Positions 17,359-25,411 of a DNA stretch of 64,000 nucleotides are shown one piece after another. Numbering within the stretch: the first letter of the stretch is position 1; the number at the start of each line of letters is the position of its first letter. Source of the stretch: an uncultured Clostridia bacterium (lineage in GTDB: Bacteria; Bacillota; Clostridia; TANB77; CAG-508); NCBI GenBank assembly GCA_947581825.1, contig CANPVP010000002.1, forward strand, positions 104,747-168,746, in the 5' to 3' direction. A program made the translations under genes and the position numbers. The notes beneath the pieces were generated by a model. That model ran no database searches and had not been told where the DNA came from. It saw only the letters and a program-made list of their open reading frames with translations.

Positions 17359-18438
17359 ATGAAGAAAAAACTAATGATAATTCTTATAATAATTTTAGCT
17401 TTAATAGTATTCTTAGTAGCAGGAACAATTATATGGTACAATAATTCTATATCAGGAAATAAAAATAATTCTGAGCCAATTATAGTAGAAATAGGTGAAG
17501 GAGCAAACTTAAATTCTGTTGGGAATTTATTAGAAGAAAAAGGAATAATAAATAATACTATGGCTTTTAGAATATATATAAAACTGAATAATAAAAATAA
17601 TTTAATAGCTGGTAAATATTGTTTTAGTCCTAGTATGAGTTTTGATGAAATTACAAGAATTCTTGAAAAAGGAGAAGTATACAAAGGTGATGAAATAAAA
17701 TTAACATACATCGAAGGCAAAAATATTAGATGGCTTGCAAGTAAAATTGAAGAAACTACAAATAACAAAGCAGAAGATGTATACAATTTATTAAATAATG
17801 AAGAATATATAAATAAAATCATAGATAAATATTGGTTTATAACAGATGAAATAAAAAATGAAAATATCTACTATGCTATAGAAGGATATCTTTTCCCAGA
17901 TACATATATAATAGAAAATGCAGATGTACCAGTAGAAGATATTTTAACAGTTATGCTAGATCAAATGGAAAAAGTCTTAAATGAATATAAAAGTGATATT
18001 GAAAATAGCAATCTTACAGTTCATCAAATACTAACAATGGCTTCTATGGTAGAATTAGAAGGAGTACATGATGAAGATAGAACAGGAATTGCTAGTGTCT
18101 TTTACAATAGATTAAAAGAAAATATGGCTCTAGGAAGTGATGTTACTACTTATTATGCATGGAAAATTGATATGGGGGAAAGAGATTTAACATATCAAGA
18201 GCTTAATACTTACAATGCATATAATACTAGAGGACCTAATATGGAAGGCAAACTTCCAGTAGGACCAATTGCATCGGTAAGCAAAGCATCAATAGAAGCA
18301 GTTTTAAAACCAGAGCAAACAGATAATTTTTATTTTGTTGCAGATAAAAATGGAAAAGTATATTTTACAAAAACAAATGCTGAACATGAAGAAATGGTAT
18401 CTGCATTAAAAACGCAAGGGCTATGGTATGAATATTAA
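17359..18438 (+). CDS. mltG: endolytic murein transglycosylase MltG (YceG family)
   Basis: N-terminal TM and the YceG catalytic region LTMASMVELEGVHDEDRTGIASVFYNRL. Confidence 0.85.
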   Translation: MKKKLMIILIIILALIVFLVAGTIIWYNNSISGNKNNSEPIIVEIGEGANLNSVGNLLEEKGIINNTMAFRIYIKLNNKNNLIAGKYCFSPSMSFDEITRILEKGEVYKGDEIKLTYIEGKNIRWLASKIEETTNNKAEDVYNLLNNEEYINKIIDKYWFITDEIKNENIYYAIEGYLFPDTYIIENADVPVEDILTVMLDQMEKVLNEYKSDIENSNLTVHQILTMASMVELEGVHDEDRTGIASVFYNRLKENMALGSDVTTYYAWKIDMGERDLTYQELNTYNAYNTRGPNMEGKLPVGPIASVSKASIEAVLKPEQTDNFYFVADKNGKVYFTKTNAEHEEMVSALKTQGLWYEY

Positions 18439-18477
18439 TTAGAAAAATAGGCATGTTAATATAATATGCCTATTTTG

Positions 18478-18506
18478 TTGACATAAATTTAAAAAAGTGA
18501 TAGAAT
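18478..18506 (+). promoter_or_regulatory. sigma-A-like promoter TTGACA-N17-TAGAAT
   Basis: Directly after the mltG terminator hairpin (18446..18478) and about 28 nt upstream of the 18534 gene. Confidence 0.5.
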
Positions 18507-18533
18507 AATTAACATAAAAATGAGAGGTGAATT

Positions 18534-19259
18534 ATGGGAAGAAAAAATCATAGAATTGGAAATGCTGGATGGAAGGATAAGTTTTATATAAATCCAGAAG
18601 AATTTGGAGTAACTAACCAAGAAAACAAAATAAAAATTGAGCCAACACCAGTAGAAAGAAAAGATAATAAAAAACAAGCTTTTGTAGATTCAATAAAGGT
18701 TAATAAAATGCCAACAGCAAAAAAGAAAGTTACTAATGCAGGAGAATATCCAGAAAATGCTGTTATAATTTCAATGGGAATTCCTAAATCTGGGAGAACT
18801 AATCTTTTAGGAAATTTATTTAAGCAAGAAGAAATATATTCTTTTATAAAAACAGAAAGAGAAGATTATATTAGAAATGTACAACAAGCAATATTAGAAA
18901 AAAAAGATGAGAAAGTTGTTATTGATGCTCCTTTTTTAGATATGAAATTTAGAAAAGCAATATATAGAGCTACTAAAGAAGCCGGAAAAACTGTTTTTAT
19001 AATGAATTATAAGGTTCCATATCAGGAGTGTCTAAAGAAAATACAAAAAAAGAATAACCCAAATGCTGTAAGAATAAACGAAAATAATTTAGTAAAAGCT
19101 TATGCAAAGTTTAAAGAGATACAAGATGGATTTGAAGATGAGTTAGCAAAATACGAAATGATTAATGATGAGTATGAAAGTCAAGTGGTAGATATTATAA
19201 ATGCTCAAAAGAAAGTGGCAACAGGGAACAAGATAAACGTTGATGAAAATTGTAAATAA
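18534..19259 (+). CDS. hypothetical protein with a kinase-like nucleotide-binding fold and a degenerate P-loop (GIPKSGRT: Lys to Arg)
   Basis: VIISMGIPKSGRTNLLGNLF resembles GxPGSGKS/T P-loops of AAA_33/polynucleotide-kinase-like proteins, but with Arg at the Walker lysine. 241 aa. Confidence 0.4.
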   Translation: MGRKNHRIGNAGWKDKFYINPEEFGVTNQENKIKIEPTPVERKDNKKQAFVDSIKVNKMPTAKKKVTNAGEYPENAVIISMGIPKSGRTNLLGNLFKQEEIYSFIKTEREDYIRNVQQAILEKKDEKVVIDAPFLDMKFRKAIYRATKEAGKTVFIMNYKVPYQECLKKIQKKNNPNAVRINENNLVKAYAKFKEIQDGFEDELAKYEMINDEYESQVVDIINAQKKVATGNKINVDENCK

Positions 19260-19271
19260 GATATATAATAA

Positions 19272-19303
19272 AAAAGAAAGAAGTATTAATTTCTTTCTTT
19301 TTT
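19272..19303. terminator. bidirectional terminator (aagaaagaa-gtattaat-ttctttctt-TTTT)
   Basis: Lies between convergent genes 18534 (+) and 19302 (-). Confidence 0.55.
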
Positions 19304-19625
19304 AACTTTCAGCGATGACTTTAGCTATATTATAAATTAATTTTTGTTTTTCAGGGGAACATTTTTTTAACAATGAGCTAAAATCTCTTTGCATATAATC
19401 AGATGCATTAGAAGAAGAACCATTTAAAATATCTCCTTCAGATAATCCTAGGATGGAACATATTTCACTAAGTCTTGTTAGATTTATATGAGCATTACCA
19501 CGTTCAACTCTACTTAAAAAGGCAACAGACAAATCTAGTTTTTCGGCTAATTTTTCTTGAGTGAATCCTCTGGCTAAACGGGCTTTTTTTAATCTTTCGC
19601 CAATAATTATATAATCTAAAGCCAT
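19302..19625 (-). CDS. XRE-family helix-turn-helix transcriptional regulator
   Basis: IGERLKKARLARGFTQEKLAEKLDLSVAFLSRVERG helix-turn-helix. Divergent from the 19829/21210 pair. Confidence 0.8.
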   Translation of the reverse strand: MALDYIIIGERLKKARLARGFTQEKLAEKLDLSVAFLSRVERGNAHINLTRLSEICSILGLSEGDILNGSSSNASDYMQRDFSSLLKKCSPEKQKLIYNIAKVIAES

Positions 19626-19828
19626 AAATGCTCCCTCCTTTATTTAGTAAATATAGCACTCATAGGTAGATATAAGAAGAAACATATGAGTAAATATTAA
19701 CCATTAATATGATTTGTGAAATTAGGTATTTTATACGAATATTAATGAATTATATTAAGTCTAAATATTTACAAATAATATAAAATAATATATAACTTAG
19801 ATAATATATTTATATAGTGGAGGTATTT

Positions 19829-21217
19829 ATGATAAATAACATGGAGAAATTTTTAGAACTAAGAAATAAGCATAAAGAGTTCATATATGATAGTTACAAA
19901 GTCTTTGAGGACAGTGAATATATATGTATCGAATATAAATTTGAAATTCCAGATTTAAAAATTTTTACTCCAAGCATAAAAATTAAGAAAAAGAGTTTAA
20001 TTGTAAATAATATAGAGAATAATAAAGAATATATAAATCATTTAGTCTTTCATATAGGTATGATTGAATTAATAAGTTATTGGAAATGTGTATGTTCTCC
20101 AAATGTAATAATAAAATGCGGAAAAATAAATGATGAACAAATTAAGTGGTTTAAAAAGTTATATTTTTATGGCTTAGGAGAATTGTTTTTTACAAACAAT
20201 ATAAAAACAAATATAAATGAATTTATGAATATAATTTGTGAAGGAGAAAAAGATTATTCTAGTGTAGAAGTAAATAGTAACAATTTTAGTTTCAAGAATT
20301 ATATAATTCCTATTGGAGGAGGAAAAGATTCTGTTGTAACATTAGAGTTATTAAAGAGTAAAGAAAATAAATTAGCCTTAATAATAAATCCAAAACCAGT
20401 AACTTTAAAATGTGCTGAACTTGCAGAAATAGAAGCAGATAAAATTATTGAAGTTAAAAGAGTAATAGATAAAGAATTATTAGATTTAAATTCTAAAGGA
20501 TACATAAATGGACACACACCATTTTCATCTGTATTAGCTTTTATATCATATTTGGTAGCTTTTTTAACAGGAAGAGAATATATAGCTCTATCTAATGAGT
20601 CAAGTGCAAATGAATCGAATGTAGATGGAGAGAAAATAAATCATCAGTATTCAAAAAGTTATGAGTTTGAAAAAGATTTTGAAGAATATTCAAATAAATA
20701 TTTAAAATTACCTATAAAATATTTCAGCTTTTTAAGACCATTAAATGAATTACAAATAGCAATGATATTTTCAAGATACGAAAATTATCATAAAGTATTT
20801 AAGAGTTGTAATGTTGGAAGCAAAGGAGAGGTATGGAAGTGGTGCTGTGAATGCCCTAAATGCCTATTTGCATATATAATGCTTAGTACATTTTTATATA
20901 AAGAAAAAATTGTAAATATATTTGGAAAAGATATGTTTGAAGATAAAAACATGGAAGAAACTTTTATAGATTTAATAGGAAAAGGTAAGAATAAACCATT
21001 TGAATGTGTTGGAACATATGAAGAAGTGAATTGTGCAATTAGTAAAACTATAAAAAATATAGAAGCAAAAGGTGAAAAGTTACCATACTTATTGGAACTT
21101 TACAAAGAAAATTATAAAATAGAAGATATTTCTGAGGAATTATTGAAAAGGTATAATAATGAAAATAATTTATCAGAAGAACAAGAAAAGATACTAAAGG
21201 GAGCTATTTATGATTAG
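19829..21217 (+). CDS. PP-loop (N-type ATP pyrophosphatase)-like protein with N-terminal domain of unknown function and CCxCxxC cysteine cluster
   Basis: The ORF track starts at GTG 19817. ATG 19829 follows GGAGGT. IIPIGGGKDSVVTLELL matches the SGGxDS PP-loop. Also SNESSANE, WCCECPKC and ECVGTYEEVNC. The stop overlaps the start of the downstream MurD-like gene (ATGATTAG). Confidence 0.55.
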   Translation: MINNMEKFLELRNKHKEFIYDSYKVFEDSEYICIEYKFEIPDLKIFTPSIKIKKKSLIVNNIENNKEYINHLVFHIGMIELISYWKCVCSPNVIIKCGKINDEQIKWFKKLYFYGLGELFFTNNIKTNINEFMNIICEGEKDYSSVEVNSNNFSFKNYIIPIGGGKDSVVTLELLKSKENKLALIINPKPVTLKCAELAEIEADKIIEVKRVIDKELLDLNSKGYINGHTPFSSVLAFISYLVAFLTGREYIALSNESSANESNVDGEKINHQYSKSYEFEKDFEEYSNKYLKLPIKYFSFLRPLNELQIAMIFSRYENYHKVFKSCNVGSKGEVWKWCCECPKCLFAYIMLSTFLYKEKIVNIFGKDMFEDKNMEETFIDLIGKGKNKPFECVGTYEEVNCAISKTIKNIEAKGEKLPYLLELYKENYKIEDISEELLKRYNNENNLSEEQEKILKGAIYD

Positions 21218-22604
21218 TAATTTAATTGAATATTTAAAAGATAAAAAAATATTAATTTTAGGATTTGGAGTAGAAGGACAGTCAACATATAAAGTAATAA
21301 GAAAATATTTAAAAGATCAATTATTATATATTGCTGATAAAGAAAAAAATTTTAATGAAAAATATGAGATGCTTACAGATGATGTCAATTCAAAATTTAT
21401 AAGTGGAGACGATTATTTAAAAAATATAGATAATTACGATTTGATAATAAAATCACCAGGAATATCACTTAAAGATATAGATATAACTAAATTTAAAGAA
21501 AAAATAACATCTCAATTAGAGTTGTTGTTAGAATTTTTTGATGTTTATACAATTGGTATAACTGGAACAAAAGGAAAAAGTACAACAAGTTCATTAATTT
21601 ATGAAATGATAAAGCAACAAGGGAAAAAAGTTTTGCTTCTTGGAAATATTGGAATTCCAATATTTGATTATATTGATGTAATAGAAAAAAATATGATAGT
21701 TGTGTTAGAAATATCATCTCATCAATTAGAATATGCCAAAAAATCACCTAATATTTCTATATTTCTTAATTTATATGAAGAACATTTAGATCATTATAAA
21801 TCAATTAACGAATATATAGAAGCAAAAGCAAATATTTTTAAATATAAGAAAAAAGAAGATTTCTTTTTATACAATGCAGATAACAAAAGTGTTAGAGATG
21901 TAGTGAAAAAGCATCAACAAGATATGAAAGAAAATTATTATAATGTATATCCTATAAGCTTTGAAAATAAAGAATATTATGAGAAGAATAAATTTGTTTA
22001 TGAAAACGGAGTAGTAAAGGATTCAAATAATGTAAAGTTATACAATTCAACTGATAAAAGAAAACTATTGGGAGATCATAATCTTAATAATATTATGTTT
22101 GTTTTGGCAGTTAGTGAGATTTTAAAATTAGATTTGCAAAAAACAATAAAAACAATAAATAATTTTAATCCATTGCCACATAGAATGGAGCTAGTAGGTA
22201 CTTTTGATGAAGTAACATATTTTAATGATTCTATAGCAACAGTTCCAGAATCAGCGATAAATTCAATAAAGGCAATAACGAATGTTAATACCTTAATAAT
22301 AGGGGGAATGGATAGAGGAATAAACTACAAAGAGTTTATAAAATTCCTAGAAGAAAGCAATATAGAGAATTTAATATGCTTACCAACAACTGGACATAAT
22401 ATAGCAGAACAAATAAAAAATGAAAAAATGAGTATATATAAAGTGGAAACAATGGAAGAAGCGGTAAAGATAGCAAAAGAAGTTACAAAAAAAGGAACTA
22501 ATTGTTTATTATCTCCAGCAGCATCTAGCTATGGATTTTTCAAAAATTTCAAAGAAAGAGGAGAAAAGTATAAAAGATTAATAAAAGAAGCTTATTCGAA
22601 ATAA
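21210..22604 (+). CDS. second MurD-family (UDP-MurNAc-L-Ala--Glu ligase-like) paralog, translationally coupled to the PP-loop protein
   Basis: ILILGFGVEGQS Rossmann, P-loop GITGTKGKSTTSS, EHLDHY...EAKANIFKY, PHRMELVG, divergent C-terminus SPAASSYGFFKNFKERG. Ribosome binding site AAGGGAG inside the upstream gene. Confidence 0.75.
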   Translation: MISNLIEYLKDKKILILGFGVEGQSTYKVIRKYLKDQLLYIADKEKNFNEKYEMLTDDVNSKFISGDDYLKNIDNYDLIIKSPGISLKDIDITKFKEKITSQLELLLEFFDVYTIGITGTKGKSTTSSLIYEMIKQQGKKVLLLGNIGIPIFDYIDVIEKNMIVVLEISSHQLEYAKKSPNISIFLNLYEEHLDHYKSINEYIEAKANIFKYKKKEDFFLYNADNKSVRDVVKKHQQDMKENYYNVYPISFENKEYYEKNKFVYENGVVKDSNNVKLYNSTDKRKLLGDHNLNNIMFVLAVSEILKLDLQKTIKTINNFNPLPHRMELVGTFDEVTYFNDSIATVPESAINSIKAITNVNTLIIGGMDRGINYKEFIKFLEESNIENLICLPTTGHNIAEQIKNEKMSIYKVETMEEAVKIAKEVTKKGTNCLLSPAASSYGFFKNFKERGEKYKRLIKEAYSK

Positions 22605-22620
22605 AAATATTTTAAAAATT

Positions 22621-22651
22621 AAAGCCTACAGAAAGTATCTGTAGGCTTTTT
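22621..22651. terminator. bidirectional terminator (aaagcctacag-aaagtat-ctgtaggcttttt)
   Basis: Perfect 11-bp stem plus T-run after the MurD paralog. Also ends the nth/micro-ORF transcript on the minus strand. Confidence 0.7.
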
Positions 22652-22655
22652 GTGG

Positions 22656-22781
22656 TTATTTCTTTGCTTCAAAATATGCACAAGCGGAATCAGGTGTAAT
22701 ACTTTGAAAATTAATATTTTCTAAACAACATTTACCATCTTCTTGGTATTTGCATTTAGCTGAACAATTAATATTTGTCAA
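22656..22781 (-). CDS. Cys-rich 41-aa micro-ORF (MTNINCSAKCKYQEDGKCCLENINFQSITPDSACAYFEAKK)
   Basis: TTG start 8 nt after GAGGTG, 5 Cys. Lies between the nth stop and the terminator on the same strand. Not in the ORF track. Confidence 0.3.
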   Translation of the reverse strand: MTNINCSAKCKYQEDGKCCLENINFQSITPDSACAYFEAKK

Positions 22782-22836
22782 AAGAAATCACCTCTTAAAA
22801 TTAGTATTACAAAGCTTTTTGAAAATATTCAAATGA

Positions 22837-23475
22837 TTATAAAGTTTTTTCTTTGAAGCTTTTACAAAATTTATTTAATGTACAAATATCACATTTAGGA
22901 TTTCTTGCAGTACAAAAATTTCTTCCATGATATACAAATAAATGATTTATATCTTTTAAATATTCTTTTGGAAATATTTTAATTAAATCTTGTTCAATTT
23001 TTTGCGGGTCAGTTTCGGAAGAAAGACCAATTCTATTAGAAATTCTTTTAGCATGTGTATCAACAGCAATACCTTCAGCAATTCCAAAAGCATTAAGCAG
23101 AACAACGTTTGCAGTTTTTCTACCAACACCAGGCAATGCAATTAAATCTTCCATTGTATTCGGAACTTTAGAATTATATTTTTCAACTAATATTTTAGAG
23201 CAAGCTTTAATATTTTTTGCTTTATTTTTATAAAAACCACATGGATGAATTAAGTTTTCTAACTCATTTAAATCTATATTTGCAAAATCCTCAGGAGTAG
23301 AATAAGTTGAGAATATAATTGGAGTAGTTTTATTAACTCTTTCATCTGTGCATTGGGCAGATAAAATTACTGCGATTAGTAATTCAAAAGGTGTAGTAAA
23401 ATCAAGACTACATTTTGCATCTGGATATGTATCTTTTAAAATATTCATAAAATCATGTATTTTCTTATTATTCAT
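22837..23475 (-). CDS. nth: endonuclease III
   Basis: HhH-GPD (LIALPGVGRKTANVVL) and the [4Fe-4S] C-x6-C-x2-C-x5-C motif (CTARNPKCDICTLNKFC). Confidence 0.9.
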   Translation of the reverse strand: MNNKKIHDFMNILKDTYPDAKCSLDFTTPFELLIAVILSAQCTDERVNKTTPIIFSTYSTPEDFANIDLNELENLIHPCGFYKNKAKNIKACSKILVEKYNSKVPNTMEDLIALPGVGRKTANVVLLNAFGIAEGIAVDTHAKRISNRIGLSSETDPQKIEQDLIKIFPKEYLKDINHLFVYHGRNFCTARNPKCDICTLNKFCKSFKEKTL

Positions 23476-23576
23476 ATTTAATCTCCTTATATAATAAGTA
23501 AATGTTATTTATGTAAAATCAATCACGTTTTTTACATAAAATAATATAATATAGTAAAGTGAGGAGGTAATAGATT

Positions 23577-23726
23577 ATGTTTAGACTTTTTAAAAAGACT
23601 ATAGGAGTATGTTTTGTTGGAATGGGTATAGGAGTTTTATTAGTACTATTACTTCCAATTACTGGTTGGTTATTTCTGTTTGGAATAGTTATGGCTTTAG
23701 TAGGACTTATATGGTTATTCTGTTAA
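23577..23726 (+). CDS. 49-aa hydrophobic small membrane protein
   Basis: GGAGGT ribosome binding site 7 nt upstream. MFRLFKKTIGVCFVGMGIGVLLVLLLPITGWLFLFGIVMALVGLIWLFC (two TM-like segments). Confidence 0.45.
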   Translation: MFRLFKKTIGVCFVGMGIGVLLVLLLPITGWLFLFGIVMALVGLIWLFC

Positions 23727-23743
23727 AATAGGGGGTGTGAAAT

Positions 23744-23818
23744 TTGACTATAGTTGTAAAAAAAGTTCCTAAATTTTTAAGAGGTTTTGTTAAATTAATA
23801 TTTGGTATAAAAGAGTAG
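23744..23818 (+). CDS. 24-aa cationic micro-ORF (MTIVVKKVPKFLRGFVKLIFGIKE) directly after the 49-aa membrane peptide
   Basis: TTG start 5 nt after GGGGGTG. Amphipathic and basic. Confidence 0.2.
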   Translation: MTIVVKKVPKFLRGFVKLIFGIKE

Positions 23819-23896
23819 TTTTTTATAGGATTACATATATTGGGATATAATAAATGAACCGGCAGATATTTGCCGGTTATTTATATATAAATATGA

Positions 23897-24094
23897 TTAA
23901 GCTTTTACAACTTTTCCAGAACGTAAACATTTAGCACATACTTTAATTCTTTTTGGTTCTCCATTTACAATAGCTTTAACGCTTCTTAAATTTGGTTTCC
24001 ATGTTCTTGTTGATCTCTTACTGATATGTGAACGAGTAATGCTAAGTTTGTTACCATAGTTGATAGTTTTATCACAAATTGCACACTTTGCCAT
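23897..24094 (-). CDS. rpmB: 50S ribosomal protein L28 (zinc-ribbon C4 form)
   Basis: MAKCAICDKT...RSHISKRSTRTWKPNL...CAKCLRSGKV. The ATG at 24094 follows GGAGGTG. The ORF-track GTG at 24106 overlaps the ribosome binding site. Confidence 0.85.
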   Translation of the reverse strand: MAKCAICDKTINYGNKLSITRSHISKRSTRTWKPNLRSVKAIVNGEPKRIKVCAKCLRSGKVVKA

Positions 24095-24309
24095 ACTAAA
24101 TTGCACCTCCTAAATTAAGTAAATAAATTGACTAACTATTAGTTTAACACAAACAAATAAAAAAAACAACCCTTTATTAAAATATTTTTTTATATACGAG
24201 TAATGAGAAAAATATTTTTTTTTCAAAAATAATTAATTATCGAAATATAAGGAAATTTCAAGCTTTTATTCTTAACATTATAGAGTGGATAAAAAAATAA
24301 TTATAAAAA

Positions 24310-24336
24310 TTAGCAATCGGGGTTGACAATTGCTAA
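24310..24336 (+). promoter_or_regulatory. CIRCE-like inverted repeat TTAGCAATC-N9-AATTGCTAA overlapping the hrcA -35
   Basis: 9/9/9 architecture. 3 mismatches to consensus TTAGCACTC-N9-GAGTGCTAA. The spacer contains TTGACA (24323-24328). Confidence 0.45.
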
Positions 24337-24349
24337 AAAAGAGTATAAT
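24323..24349 (+). promoter_or_regulatory. hrcA operon sigma-A promoter (TTGACA ... TATAAT)
   Basis: -35 at 24323-24328, -10 TATAAT at 24344-24349 (15-nt spacer; alternatively TAATAT at 24346 with 17-nt spacer). Confidence 0.5.
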
Positions 24350-24361
24350 ATATACAAAGAA

Positions 24362-24388
24362 TTAGCAAACGAACAATAAGAGTGCTAA
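24362..24388 (+). promoter_or_regulatory. CIRCE element TTAGCAAAC-N9-GAGTGCTAA (HrcA operator)
   Basis: Right arm perfect, left arm 2 mismatches to consensus. Lies between the -10 and the hrcA ribosome binding site. Confidence 0.75.
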
Positions 24389-24406
24389 AAATGGAGTGAT
24401 AGTAAT

Positions 24407-25411
24407 ATGCTAGATGAAAGAAAAAAACAGATATTACAAGCAATTATTGAAGAATATATTAATACGGCTGAGCCAGTTAGTTCAGGAACAATAGTAACTA
24501 AATATGGATTTAATTTTAGTAGTGCGACAATAAGAAATGAAATGTCAGAATTAGAACATCTAGGGTATTTGGAAAAACCACATACATCAGCAGGTAGAGT
24601 ACCATCTGCTAAAGGATATAGATTCTATGTAGATGAGTTATTAAAAGAAGATGATATAAGTTTAGATGAAATAAAATATATACAATCAAAATTAGAAACA
24701 AAAGTTACACAAATAGAAGATTTAACAAAAATCGCTACAAATACGTTGTCAGAAATAACACATTATACAACAGTTAGTATAGGACCAAGTTCAGAAGAGC
24801 AAATTATTGAAGAAATAAAATTTGTTTTGCTAGGAAATAGAATGTTAATGGCAATAGTATTAACTGAAACAGGAATAATAAAAGAAACAATTATAAAATT
24901 CGATGAAGATATAATGGAATCACAAGTACAAACTTTAAATTTGATATTCAACAGCAAATTGAAGGGAAAGCCATTAACCAAAATAGATAAACCAATGGAA
25001 GATTATATTTTTTCAGAAATGAATCAAAGTTTAAATGTAATAAAACCTGTAATAGAACAATTTAACAAGGCAATAGGAAATGGTGAAGAGTTATATTTAG
25101 AAGGAGCAAATAAATCTTTTGATTTACCAGAATTTAAAAGCTTAGAAATTGCTAAAAATTTTATAAATATTTTAGACGAAAAAGCTGTAATGATGGAAAT
25201 GTTAAATACAGGAATGGCTGAAGATATAAATGTTTATATTGGTGATGAAAATGAATATGAAGGATTAAAAGATTTTAGTGTTATTACTTTTAACCATAGA
25301 ATTGGAAACAAAAAGCTTGGAACAATAGGAATAATAGGCCCTAAAAGAATGGATTATTCTAAAGTAATTTCAGTGATGAAGTATATTAATAAAAAAATGA
25401 AAGAACTATAG
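24407..25411 (+). CDS. hrcA: heat-inducible transcription repressor HrcA
   Basis: N-terminal winged helix-turn-helix (ILQAIIEEYINTAEPVSSGTI), 334 aa, first gene of the hrcA-grpE-dnaK-dnaJ operon. Confidence 0.9.
   Translation: MLDERKKQILQAIIEEYINTAEPVSSGTIVTKYGFNFSSATIRNEMSELEHLGYLEKPHTSAGRVPSAKGYRFYVDELLKEDDISLDEIKYIQSKLETKVTQIEDLTKIATNTLSEITHYTTVSIGPSSEEQIIEEIKFVLLGNRMLMAIVLTETGIIKETIIKFDEDIMESQVQTLNLIFNSKLKGKPLTKIDKPMEDYIFSEMNQSLNVIKPVIEQFNKAIGNGEELYLEGANKSFDLPEFKSLEIAKNFINILDEKAVMMEMLNTGMAEDINVYIGDENEYEGLKDFSVITFNHRIGNKKLGTIGIIGPKRMDYSKVISVMKYINKKMKEL

Noticed and set aside
22656-22781. Possibility that the Cys-rich micro-ORF is a SCIFF/ranthipeptide precursor
   Set aside because: There are 5 Cys rather than the characteristic six in a C-terminal cluster, and no radical-SAM maturase gene is adjacent (nth is an Fe-S protein but not radical SAM).
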